From: Hemiscyllium ocellatum
Lineage: Eukaryota
DNA: 64,000 nucleotides
Assembly (NCBI RefSeq): GCF_020745735.1
Contig: NC_083404.1
Span: 89,031,731 to 89,095,730, forward strand
Reading direction: 5' to 3'
Numbering within the stretch: position 1 is the stretch's first letter; each line of letters begins with the position of its first letter. The position numbers were made by a program, and so were the translations under genes. The notes under the pieces are model-generated. The model ran no database searches, was not told the DNA's origin, and saw nothing but the letters and a program-made list of their open reading frames with translations. Below, piece by piece: positions 1 to 11,655 of the stretch.

Positions 1-79
1 CAATCTTGGGATGGGTGGAGGTCAAGAGGATGATTTCTGGTCATCCCCCAGATTCCCTCTGCCTGTGATTACCACTTTG

Positions 80-330
80 AGATTAGATTAGATTACTTAG
101 TGTGAAAACAGGCCCTTCGGCCCTACAAGTCCACACTGACCTGCCAAAGCGCAAACCACCCATACCCCAACATTTACCCCTTACTTAACACTACGGGCAA
201 TTTAGCATGGCCAATTCACCTGACCCGCACATCTTTGGACTGTGGGAGGAAACCGGAGCACCTGGAGGAAACCCACGCAGACATGGGGAGAACGTACAAA
301 CTCCACACAGTCAGTCGCCTGAGACGGGAA
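80..330 (-). mobile_element. HE1-type V-SINE, 5'-truncated
   Basis: (GATTA)n tail, CR1-like 3' end and V-domain (GGACTGTGGGAGGAAACCGGAGCAC...GGAAACCCACGCAGACA); tRNA head missing; near-identical to 59367-59686. Confidence 0.9.
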
Positions 331-669
331 ATATGAAGGTAAAAAAGACATATCATCTCATTGCTGGAGTACGCCCTGAACTGTGAACTTTAGGACTCAG
401 AATCTGCTAGCCTCTGATTGGTCAGCAGCTTCTGGTGACCAAGGTGCCTGTATCAAGGCTTGTGATAGGGCAAGATACTCAGCCTTGCTTTGCATGCCAG
501 TTGCATCACATTTGTTCCGTTTGCAAATCACTTTAAATCTGTGCCTTTTTTTTGTTTCTTTTATGAGCAGGAACAGTTTTTTTCTCAGTTTCTCAAGGCT
601 AGAAATCTAGTGTGGGAAAATGGGACTAATATAGGTAATAGTGTATTTCAGACTGTACAGTCTCAATTG

Positions 670-990
670 TCAGAAGTGACTCTACTGTACTGTATGATAC
701 TCTATCAAGCTCCATCATGATTTTGAAGACCTCCATCAGATCTCCTCTTCGCCTTGTTCTGTTCAATGAGAATAGATCCAACTTCTTCTTTCTATTTTCA
801 TAACTGAAGCCTCTCTTCTGGAACCATTCTTGTAAATCACTCTGCACTCTTTCCAGTGTATTCACATTACTCTTATATTGTGGTGCCCAGAACTGTACAC
901 AATACTTATGCTGAGGTCTAATGAGTGTCTTATACACATTAACCTCATATCCCTTGCCCTTATGCTCTAATATAAAACTGTAAATATTAA
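670..990 (-). mobile_element. CR1 LINE ORF2 C-terminal fragment
   Basis: ORF 626..1018(-): YKTLIRP..YCVQFWAPQYK..LERVQ..LFSL..RRRGDLMEVFKIM, typical CR1 ORF2 end. Confidence 0.85.
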
Positions 991-1002
991 TATTTTTTAA
1001 AA

Positions 1003-1102
1003 AGTTCTGAAGAGACATATTTAACTCAAAACGCTAACTTTGCTCCTCTCTTCACAAATGATGTTGGTCCTGCTGAGATTTTCCAGCCATCAGTTTTATT
1101 TC
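1003..1102 (+). mobile_element. Short PLE-terminus-derived repeat (degenerate hammerhead-like core)
   Basis: CTGAAGA..ACTCAAAACG..CACAAATGATG..CCTGCTGAGATTTTCCAGC; related to 11520-11655 and 16770-17030. Confidence 0.55.
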
Positions 1103-1675
1103 CTTTAACTAATGTCTAGACCAAACATGAGACAGTAATAACATGTGTTCTAAGATAGCATCCATCCATCTTGGGAGGTCATTGAGCATAGTATGTATGC
1201 CACTTCTGTGTTAAACGTCATCCTGTGTTGCTGATTCACAACTGTCTATCCTTTCTGCTGTTGGCATAGATGACAAACTTTAGCCTGAGGTCGGCTGATA
1301 CTTTTACCTTCAGCAGGCATTCTTTTCTACCATTTGGTTATTTATTTTTGGCATGTTCTTATTGATTTCTCTTTGTTGAGGCAACCATTAAGACGGTGTA
1401 ACTCATTTTTCTCTTTGAAATATCTTGGCCTGTTATTTAATGTTTGAATTGTGTTGATTTTATTACGATTGTCACAGTGAACATTTTGAAAATTAGAATT
1501 TTATATCTTGATTTTCTTTCCAATGGTTTCCTGAGGGTTTCTCTCTTTTAGAAGTTATCAGCTTCTGAGGGAATTCAAAACTTTTTAGGTTAAACTTCTT
1601 TAGTGAAGTAAAAGGTCTTTAGTAACACTTCAATGAGGAACTCCTATGGGTAATGCAGGCAGTTGCACTCTGCTA

Positions 1676-2845
1676 TTTGATTTGATTTGATTTATTATTA
1701 TCACATATACTGAGGTACAGTGAAAAGTATTGTATTGCATGCTAATCAGACAAACTATACATTTGCATAAATACATCAAGGTAATACAACAAAATGTATA
1801 ATATAATGCTACAGCTACAGAGATGGTGCAGAGAAATGTCAGTTTTAATTTATGAGATGGCAGTTCAGAAGTCTGATAACAGTGGGGAAGAAGCTGTTCT
1901 TAAATCTGTTGATATGTGTTTTCAAACATTTTGCATCTTCTGCCTGATGGAAGAGGGGAGAAGAGATTATAACTGTGATGTGAAGGGCCTTTGATTATGT
2001 TGGTTGCTTTCATAAGGCACCAGGAAGTGAAGATGGAGTCAATAGGAGGAAGACTGGTTTGCGTGATGAATTGTGTTGTATTGCTAACTCCCTGTAATTT
2101 CCTGTGGTCTTGGGCAAAGCAGTTGCTATACCAAGCTGTGATACATCTGGACAAGATATTTTTTATGGTGTATCTATAAAATTGGTAAGAGTCATTGCAG
2201 ATTTGTTGGATTTCTTTACCATTTTGAGGAAGTAGAGGAGTTGGTGTGTTTTCTTGAATATAGCATCAATGTGGATTAACAAGGTTTAGATTGTTCCTAA
2301 TATTTACCCCTAGGAACTTGAAGTTCTTGGCCACCTCCACCTCAGCGCTGTTGATACAGGCAGGGACATTTTCTCCACTTGGCCTCCTGAAGTCAATGAC
2401 CAGCTCCTTCATTTTGCTGCCACTGAGAGAGAGATTGGTGTCTTTACACCATGCCATTAAGTCTATGCCTTTCTTGTACTCGATCTCGTTGTTTGAGATC
2501 TGACCCCCTACGGTGATGTCACCAGCCAATTTTTAGATGGGGTTCGAGGTGAATTTGGTCAGACAGTCAAGAATGTATAAGGAGTACAGTAAAGGACTGA
2601 GTCCACATGCTTGAGGAGCACTGTTGTTTAGGATTATTGTAGAGGAGATGTTGTCGCCCATCCTTACCGACTGCAGTCTATGGGTCAGAAAGTTGAGGAT
2701 TCAGTTGCAGAGGGGGGAGCAGAATTTGGAGATGAGTTTGGTTGGAATTATAATGTTGAAGGTGGAGCTAAAGTCAACAAATAGGAGTCTGATGTAGGTG
2801 TTCTTGCTAGCTAGATGTTCAAGGAATGAGTGTAGGGTCAGGCCT
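1676..2845 (-). mobile_element. Rex1/Babar-type LINE, 3' part of RT and 3' UTR
   Basis: ORFs 2266..2529 (KMKELVIDFRR..INSAEVEVAKNFKFLGV) and 1900..2154 (CITAWYSNC..RKLQ..IIKGPSH); (TTTGA)n tail at 1676-1692. Confidence 0.8.
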
Positions 2846-2884
2846 ATGAAATCCACGAATCCACATTGCATGGCTTAAAGCAAC

Positions 2885-4725
2885 GTAGAGTCATAGAGTC
2901 ATAGAGATGTATAGCATCGAAACAGACCCTTCAGTCCAACCCATCCATGCCGACCAGATATCCCAACCCAATCTAGTCCCACCTGCCAGCACCCGGCCCA
3001 TATCCCTCCAAACCCTTCCTATCCATATTCCCATCCAAATGCCTCTTAAATGTTGCAATTGTACCCGCCTCCACCACATCCTCCGGCAGCTCATTCCATA
3101 CACGTACCAGCCTCTGCATGAAAGAGTTGCCCCTTAGGTCTCTTTTATATCTTTCCCCTCTCACCCTAAACCTATGCCCTCTAGTTCTGGACTCCCCGAC
3201 CCCATGGAAAAGACTTTGTTTATTTAAGAGCATAAGACCATATGGCATAGGAGTGGAAGTAAGGCCATTCGGCCCATCGTGTCCACTCCGCCATTCAATC
3301 ATGGCTGATGGGCATTTCAACTCCACTTACCCGCATTCTCCCTCTAGCCCTTAATTCCTTGAGACATCAAGAATTTATCAATCACTGCCTTGAAGACATT
3401 TAGCGTCCCGGCCTGCACTGCACTCTGCAACAATGAATTCCACAGGCCCACCACTCGCTGGCTGAAGAAATGTTTCTGCATTTCTGTTCTGAATTTACCC
3501 CTTCTAATTCTAAGGCTGTGTCCATGGGTCCTTGTCTCCTCACCTAACAGAAACAGTTTCCTAGCATCCACCCTTCCAAGCCATGTATTATCTTGTAAGC
3601 TTCTATCAGATCTCCCCTTAATCTTGTAAACTCTTTATCCTATCCATACCCCTCATAATTTTGTAAACTTCTATAAGGTCACCCCTCAGCCTCCGATGCT
3701 CCAGGGAAAACAGCCCTACCCTGTTCAGCCTCTCCCTGTGGCTCAGATTCTCCAACCCTGGCAACATCCTTGTAAGTCTTTTCTGAACCCTTTCAAGTTT
3801 CACAACATCTTTCCGATAGGAAGGAGACTAGAATTGCATGCAATATTCTAACACCTGCCTAACCCATGTCCTGTACAGCCACAACATGACCTCCCAACTT
3901 CTGTACTCAGTACTCTGACCAATAAAAGAAAGCATACCAAACGCCTTCTTCACTATCCTATCTACCTGCGACTCCACTTTCAAGGAGCTATGAACCTGCA
4001 CTCTAAGGTCTCTCTGTTCAGCAAAACTCCCTCGGACCTTACTATTCAGTGTATAAGTCCTGCTAAGATTTGCTTTCCCAAAATGCAGCACCTCGCATTT
4101 ATCTGAATTAAACTCCATCTGCCACTTCTCAGCCCACTGGCCCAACTGGTCAAGATCCTGTTGTAATCTGAGGTAACCCTCTTCGCTGTTCACAACACCT
4201 CCAATTTTGGTGTCATCTGCAAACTTACTAACTGTACCTCTTATGCTCGCATCCAAATCATTTATGAAAATGACAAAAAGTAGAGGGCCCAGCACCGATC
4301 CTTGTGGCACTCTACTGGTCACAGGCCTCCAGTATGAAAAAAACCTCCACCACCACCTTCTGTCTTCTGCCTTTGAGCCAGTATCCAAATGTCTAGTTCT
4401 CCCTGTATTCCATGAGATCTAACCTTGCTAATCAGTCTCCCATGGGAACCTTGTCGAATGCCTTACTGAAGTAACAAAGAAATAAAAAAGAAGATTGATG
4501 AGGGCAGAGCAGTCATATCTACTGCTCTGCCCTCATCAATCTTCTTTGTTATTTCTTCAAAAAATTCAGTGAAGTTTGTGAGACATGATTTCCCACACAC
4601 AAAGCCATGTTGACTATCTCGAATCAGTCCTTGCCTTTCCAAATACATGTACATCATGTCCCTCAGGATTCCCTCCAACAACTTGCCCACCACTGAGGTC
4701 AGGCTCACCGGTCTATAGTTATCAC
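2885..4725 (-). mobile_element. CR1 LINE (family A) 3' ~1.4 kb, interrupted by a nested CR1
   Basis: RT motifs VPQGSVLGPLLF, FADDTK, QHGF, SLTSVVGKLLE; (CATAGAGT)n tail at ~2885-2906; same family as 49243-50697. Confidence 0.95.
3228..3630 (-). mobile_element. CR1 LINE (family B) 3' end nested in family A copy
   Basis: ORF 3344..3571 (TRTHGHSL..FFSQRVVGLWNSL); distinct tail CATAAGACCATATGGCATAGG; host sequence resumes at ~3633. Confidence 0.9.
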
Positions 4726-5289
4726 AAGTAAAGTTCTGCTCCCATTAATATGCAATCTGAGGTTTGTATTAAGTTAACTGAATAAAAAATATATTTCTCC
4801 TTATATATCTGTCCTTCTTTCAATTTCTTTTGTAACAAGATCAGAGACTAATCTTCAGATAATATCTGCTTTTTGCTTCATGTGTCTTTTCTTTGTCCTT
4901 TAGCTTTTCTTCTTGCACCTCTATGTTGTACTAATTTTTTCTGCTGTGTAGTCCAAGTCTTTCATCTATCTGATTCACCATTACTTTCTATTTCTGGTCT
5001 TTCTTCCATTATCATCAATTCATTGCATCATAGACATAAAGACCACAAAGTTAGGTTCAGAAGTCAGAGACCCATCCAGTTTAACCTTGCACTGAACATT
5101 CCTCCTCCATCACAGCATTAAATGTCATCTTTCGAGATTCAAAAATTTGTGCCTTAGCTTTATCCTGAAGACCATTCTAGGTACCAATTTTTGTATCCAG
5201 TTTGGAACCACCTTCTCCCTAATCTTCAGTAAAGCACCATGTGTTCATTCATTACCTTGCCCAAAGGTTCCAAAATGGTTAAGAACCCT

Positions 5290-5910
5290 TTATGAAAGAT
5301 ATTGAATCACAGAGTCATGGATTACAAACCCATCATGAAAGATAGTGAATCACAGAATCGTAGAGATCTACAGCTTAGGAAAAGGCCCATTGATTCATCA
5401 TGTCTGTACTGATCAAAAATGACCATGTAAATATTTTAATCCCACTCTCCAGCACTTGGTCCATAGTCTTGTATGTCTTGGCAAAGCAAGTATGCAATGA
5501 AATCCTCTTCAATGTTAAGACTATTTCTGTCTCTATCACCCTAACAGTCAATGAGTTCAAGATCTCACCACCTTCTAACTAGGTCTCCTGTAAACCTTCA
5601 GCTCCTGTAAACCTCAGCTCCTTACCTTATGCTGCTTAGTCAATGATCCTTCCCTTGAGAGGAGAAATTCCTTCCTGACTACCCTACCAAAGCACCTCAT
5701 AATTTTATACATCTTAATCATGTCCCCTCTAAATCTTCTCTTCCTTAAGGAAACTAACCCCAGTCTGTCCAATCACTTTTCATAACCAGGTAACCAGTCC
5801 AGGTAACATTGTGGTAAATCTCTCTTGCACCCTCTCCAATGCAACCACATCCTTCCCATAATGTGGATTCCAGAATTGCACACAAAGATTCCAGAATTGC
5901 ACAGAATTGC
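5290..5910 (-). mobile_element. Old CR1 3' fragment with small tandem duplications
   Basis: Degenerate CR1 3' end similar to 2885-3830; duplicated units ATGAAAGATA(T/G)TGAATCACAGA, CTCCTGTAAACCT(T)CAG and GATTCCAGAATTGCACA. Confidence 0.75.
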
Positions 5911-5987
5911 CTCACAGCATATAAGTAAACCAACTGCTATTTAGATTTCCAATTATTTTGGCAAGCTCAGCCCCTGCTAACATGATA

Positions 5988-6166
5988 GGTAAACACAATG
6001 ACTGCTGATGCTGGAAACCAGATTCTGGATTAGTGGTGCTGCAAGAGCACAGCAGTTCAGGCAGCATCCAAGGAGCAGTAAAATCGATGTTTCGGGCAAA
6101 AGCCCTTATTCCTGATGAAGGGCTTTTGCCTGAAACATCGATTTTACTGCTCCTCGATTGCTGCCA
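5988..6166. mobile_element. Fold-back mini-element made of PLE terminus
   Basis: Inverted arms ~6060-6107 and ~6118-6165; matches the PLE 3' ends at 21900-22025 and 32147-32280. Confidence 0.85.
6112..6139 (+). ncRNA. Minimal hammerhead ribozyme motif (PLE-type)
   Basis: CTGATGA-A-GGGC-TTTT-GCCT-GAAAC-ATC: both conserved boxes, stem II and an NUH triplet. Confidence 0.7.
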
Positions 6167-9100
6167 GCCTTGCTCTGAGGTCGGTTTAATGAGCCATACT
6201 ATGATCTCAGTTAATAGTGATTCTAGAGTGGAACCAAGCTTGATATATCTTACGTTTATCTTTGCAATTTGCTTGCTGTGGTGGTCAGTCAATGGATGCA
6301 TTCATTAAACATTGCCAATGTTCTTTTAACAAAAGAGTTTCAATATTCAATACACAAAGTTAATAAAAGATTAACTATGTTATAAGTACTAAGAAATGAT
6401 TTTATCGCAAATATCACAAATAAAGGTTCAACATTTTTACCCTCATTAATCTGCAGATGCTCAAACCTCAGGAGGAAGGGTTGATTTATTTTCACTTTAA
6501 AGCTCTTTGCTCAATTAGCACTACTTCATTTGTTTATTTGTCATAAACCTCTGCAGTAATTTGCTATTCTCTCCTGTAGTTAATGTTTCTTCATAAACCC
6601 TTTAACAAACTACTTATATAGCTCACTTATTGTTTAGCATACGTTCCTTACAGTCATGCATTCAATTATTGGATGACTCTCTGACATTTTAAAGGCTTCT
6701 GTTTTGGGAGTTTTCTTTATCTTACGAACTTCTAAGCCATTCATGACCTCTTATCAGTTGACTTGACAGTTTTGAAGATGGCTAAATTGCATTGTGTGTG
6801 TTACAGATCTTTTCTCTTTGAAAAAAACATGCTCAGACCTTCTGGATGATCCTGTATTTCTAAAACAATTTTTCACCTTCTGTGTCACCCTGTGTCATAG
6901 GACACTTCATTGATAAGCAAGAGCTCAATTATTTTCTCTCTTCTACTTTTTGTTTTTCAAGCTAATTAATTGTTCACCTCAAGTGTATTTTTTTTTACAA
7001 AGCTTCATTTGGAAACAACTTTCCAGATAACCCGTGACCACTCACAGAACTCAAAAATGAAACTAAAACTCTCCTTATCATACACAACATAGAAATACAA
7101 ATCAAACTTAAGGGCTATAAAGAATTCTGTTCACTTCAGCACATAAATGTCCCAAATGACAATGTTTCGTGAACCTTCATCACATTCATTTATCTTCAGT
7201 CCAAAAAAATCAACAATGCCAAATGTGTCTGTCCATAGATTTCAAGAACATTTTCATTGTGAGTTGTTATTGTGAACTTAAATTAACACAAGATTGTTAG
7301 TGTCTTGTTCCCTTCACTTTGTAGTGATTTTATTAGGTTTAAACAGAGCAGTGCTGCTATCATCTTGGCACCACATCATGCAAAAGCTGCAATAATAACC
7401 TCTAAAGTGATCTTCTATATTCAGATTCCTTTCATAACTCTAGAAAATGCAAAGCTCACATGCTAAGGTCAAATTAAGACATAGAATTTCCAGTGATTAA
7501 ATCTCACAGAGAAAAAGTGCTCATGCCATATGGAGAACATTAAACTATTGTAGGTTAAAACTATATGTAATTTAAATAATTTCAAATCCAATTTATATTA
7601 ATAAGTATCTATAATGAACATGGAAAATGCAAAGTGGCGAGGTCACTCAGTAGATCACATGCCTTCAACATGCTGTCTTAATTCAACATAATTACAATTG
7701 CAGTACTCTTCCTTGGGAGTCTTGTCTGTCCATTGGATGCTCTGTAACTACAAAGGTGAAAGGTAAGCCACTTTATGAAGAACTTTCATCTCACTGGAAA
7801 GGTTTCAGGGCAATCCTTGTCCAACAACCTGCACTGAAAATTCTACTCATATTGTGCCAAATAGTGGAGAGAAGCATTCTAAAACAATCAAAAATATTCA
7901 TTAAAAATTACAGTTTATGCTATATATCAATCTTAACACATCATTTAAAAAAAATCAGTATCAGGGTTTAATTGACAACTAATCAGTTTTTCCTTGGATC
8001 ATTTGCTATCTGTATACCAAGTTTCATTCATATCTGTCCATTAATGTTTGAGATATGCTGTTGATAGACAAACAGGCAGGAGCAAAAACATTATGAGTAT
8101 TCCCTTCAGTAGCAGATGTAATAAATCATGGCTTTATATTCTTGCTAAATTGTGTGTACCCTTATTTTGATCAATCTGGCATTAGATGCATGTCACAAAT
8201 CTGTTCAACTTAATGTATTCTTTGTGAAGATGCACTCAACAAATAAATAAAAATTAGGAAGGTGAGAAAGGAGAGAATTTATCCCTAGAGAAATTTCATC
8301 TTATGTTCTGAGTGAAAGTGGAGACACGGTGACTACACATGGTGAATACTTAAAGGCCAGCTTCATGACAATGGTCAAAAGACAAGTTTGGTTTCCCTGG
8401 TAACAGTGCACTCTAAAGCTACCAGCCTTGTCTCTGAGGACCTTTGTTGAAAGTTAACGTACTGCTCTTTGATTCATTCCAGTAATATTTTCAGTGAAGC
8501 TAAAGCAGACCTCTTTACACATAATACATACCCACAAGCTCAAAAATGAGAGATCCTAACTCAGCATGTACAAAGAGGAAAGTTCTGTAAGCCTGATGGG
8601 ATGCTGTCCATTTATCCCTCAGACATACTCCAATTAAAATGTGGTGCTGGACCTATGTCGTCTACTGTGACATTTCATTTATGTCTAGTCTCCACATTAT
8701 GCAGCATTACAGTCTTAACGTATTGATTGAGAAGCAGTTCATGACATAACAGTAAAGATAGGTAGGGAATCTAATAAATCCTTCAATAATCCAATGTAAT
8801 GCAAGTTATATCATACAGACTTTGATTTTCTATTTTGCAACTTCTAAAGACACAATAAGAAAGCAATCTTTCTGAGTTCTCTTCATTTACATTTTGATGA
8901 GTTCCTCATTTGTTTGTAAATTATATTTTTCCTAATATTTCAGAAAACCATTTCTTTAAGGGGAAGTTCTTTGGAACTGAGAAAATTCATATTAAGTGGG
9001 ATTTATATTCTGCATGGTAAGGAAAGTATGAATCAATTTAAATTTTCAGTGGTACCTTCAATATTATTGTTTCCTCTGTCACTTGTGTTATCTTTAACTA

Positions 9101-9673
9101 GGTACTAATACAAGTGATTAGTACAAACCCAATTGATAGACACTTTCATTAAATGTTTTACTAAGAAGTCTTAATTTGATTCTTTCCTTCATTATTTGGA
9201 ATCATATTTTGTGATTTCTGGAACATGCTAAAGTTTTTAGAAAGGCCTACCCACCATAATCTCACTATTTTAACCACTGATTCAGATTTAAAATCACACC
9301 AAAATTAAAAACTGACATGTCCTACTTTGGAATCAGTTATTTGATTCATTAAATGAAATCATTTTGTGCATTTTTGTGTTAGCTTCCTTGATGTCCAATG
9401 TTGAGACACCTCTACCAGTATGTACCGACAAGGGCTGTTTCAGATAGTTCATTGCCATTAATCCTCATTTGCCTTTGACCTGTGTAATGATTAGTGAAAA
9501 AGAAAACACCACAACAGAGTGTCGATAAAAGGGACACTGTTCTTAAACAACTCAAAGGTTTATTGCATGATAGCTATAAGAACAGTTCTAATTGGATACA
9601 CGTGATTACGAGGGCTTTAGGGAGCCAGTATATCTGTTCCCACTAAAAGATGGAGTTGAAGAAAAATGCAGTA

Positions 9674-9833
9674 CAGAGGAATCTCGGTTAGTTGATATTT
9701 GATTATCTGAACAAAATTGTAAGGTCCTGATGCTTGGCTAAATTGTGTTATCCAGCAGTTGATTATCTGAACATTTGATTATCTGAACAAAATACTCCCC
9801 GTCTGTGTCATTCAGATAATCGAGGTTCCTCTG
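9674..9833. mobile_element. Tc1/mariner-pogo-type MITE
   Basis: TIRs CAGAGGAATCTCGGTTA / TAATCGAGGTTCCTCTG flanked by TA at 9672-73 and 9834-35; internal TTGATTATCTGAAC repeats; second copy at 35266-35440. Confidence 0.9.
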
Positions 9834-10619
9834 TATTATCGAAAGTGGAAATTATTCATGCACAGATTGTATATGACATCTGTCAAAATGGGAGAGACAA
9901 AGCATTGTGAACTTTAACCCTTTCAGAACAATTATGTCATGTGACAATTTTATGTAATTGGGATGTTTACTTGAAAGAAAATGTCATAGGCTCAGATTTT
10001 CTTCCTGTTTGTGACAGACTCTGAGTAGCTGTTTGAACAGAGAAGCTAAGCACGAAGCAAAATTAAACTTCTTGTTTTCCCTCCTTGATGTGTGCAGCCT
10101 TCGGAATCCATCGCAATCCCTGTATGATAGGCTGTGAAATAACCCATTCCCCAGGACTACTCCCAAAAAGCCCCTTCAAAGAAAACATTGCTGGTTTAGA
10201 AAAAGTCTTAGGGGTTGATTGATCACAAATGGTAGCCAAAGTTTTTTCAGTTTCTACCATACTTTGTCAATGAAACCTGTCTGTTATGAGATTTGAAATG
10301 TCTAATGAGGAAATATCTGAAAGACTATCCCCATAAATAATTTGCTCCAGCAGCCACTTCCCAAGAGGACTCTATTTCCCATGCTAGTTCCTTAACTTTG
10401 TTCTAAAAAGGGTGAAAGCAAGATGCAGAAAGTCTGTTCAGACAGTATCACAGAAAGGACTATTTGTATGGTCAGCTGGACAGTATGAATTAACCGGCGT
10501 ACAACCAACTGGAATTAACTCATTTGATTGCCTTTTATTTCTCCGTCTCCTCATTCAGATGTCTTGGTGCAAAGGTGGGAAACATTCATCTTCATCAGGG
10601 AAAGTGATGGTTAAATTTG

Positions 10620-11340
10620 ACTACAGTTGATTTTAGTCACTGCAGAATTTCTAACATCTGCTCTGCTCTTGTAAACACAACATTAATTTGGCTGGTGCAA
10701 TTAAGTTTATGGTCAATGGTAATCCCTCGGTTGTTGATAATGGAGGATTCAGAGATGGTAATAGAAATATATTTCAATGGCAAGAGGACATTATTAGATT
10801 CTCTGCTGCTTGGGTTGGTCATTGACTGATATTTATGTGACACAAATATTATTTGTCACCTATCAGCCAAATCTTGAATATTGTCCATGACTTGCCTCAT
10901 TTGGACATGAATTGAGGAGTTGCAAATTGTGCAGAACATTCTGTAATCATCAGCAAACATCTACATCCCCGACCTTATAATGGAAGGAAGGTTGTTGATA
11001 AAACAGCTAAGATAGTTGGGCTGAGGAATCTGACCTGAGGAACTCCTCCAGAGCTGCTCTTGAGCTGAGATGACTGACCTCCAATAACCACTATCTTCTT
11101 CTTTTGGGTTAAAAATGACTCCACCCATTGGACTGTATGTTGGCAATTCCCATTGATTTTGGCTTTACTAGGTCAAGTGGTCCCTTGGTGTCAAGGTTAG
11201 TTACTATCATATCACCTCTTCAGTTCAGCTCTTCTCTCTGTTTGGATTAAGTTATAATGAGGCCAAGCAGAGTGGCTCTAAGTGTACCCAAATTGTGCAA
11301 TTCACTAAGAGATTATTGCTGCTGGCACTAGTTGAGATAA
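10620..11340 (-). mobile_element. L2/CR1-group LINE RT fragment (same family as 59040-61480)
   Basis: ORFs 10961..11146 (SCFINNLPSIIRS) and 10637..10843 (GITIDHKLNCTSQIN..RAEQMLEIL). Confidence 0.75.
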
Positions 11341-11519
11341 TTGAAGGGGAACATAACGTTAAACTAATACAAAGTATTTTAAATATTGGCAATGTGAAAT
11401 AAAACATAAAATATTGGAAACAGTGTTTCAGGAAATATATCAGACCCACTGAATATTTCATTTTATGTCTTTATTTGATTTACTTAGGTATTTTCAGGCA
11501 TACAAAACTAAACCAGCAA

Positions 11520-11655
11520 AACAAAACACAATACAATGGATGCTGGAAATCTGAAACAAACATATAAAACACTGGAGAAACTCAGCAGATCTGGTAGGAT
11601 TTGTGAAGAGAAACAGAGCTAATGTTTTGAGTCCGATATGATTCGTCTTCAGAGC
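11520..11655 (-). mobile_element. Short PLE-terminus-derived repeat
   Basis: GGATGCTGGAAATCTGAAAC..CTGGAGAAACTCAGCAG; reverse strand reads CTGAAGA-CGAATCATATCGGACTC-AAAAC (degenerate hammerhead). Confidence 0.6.

Noticed and set aside
9690-9795. CRISPR-like repeats (TTGATTATCTGAAC three times)
   Set aside because: They are internal subterminal repeats of a TA-flanked MITE in vertebrate DNA, with irregular spacing and no cas genes.
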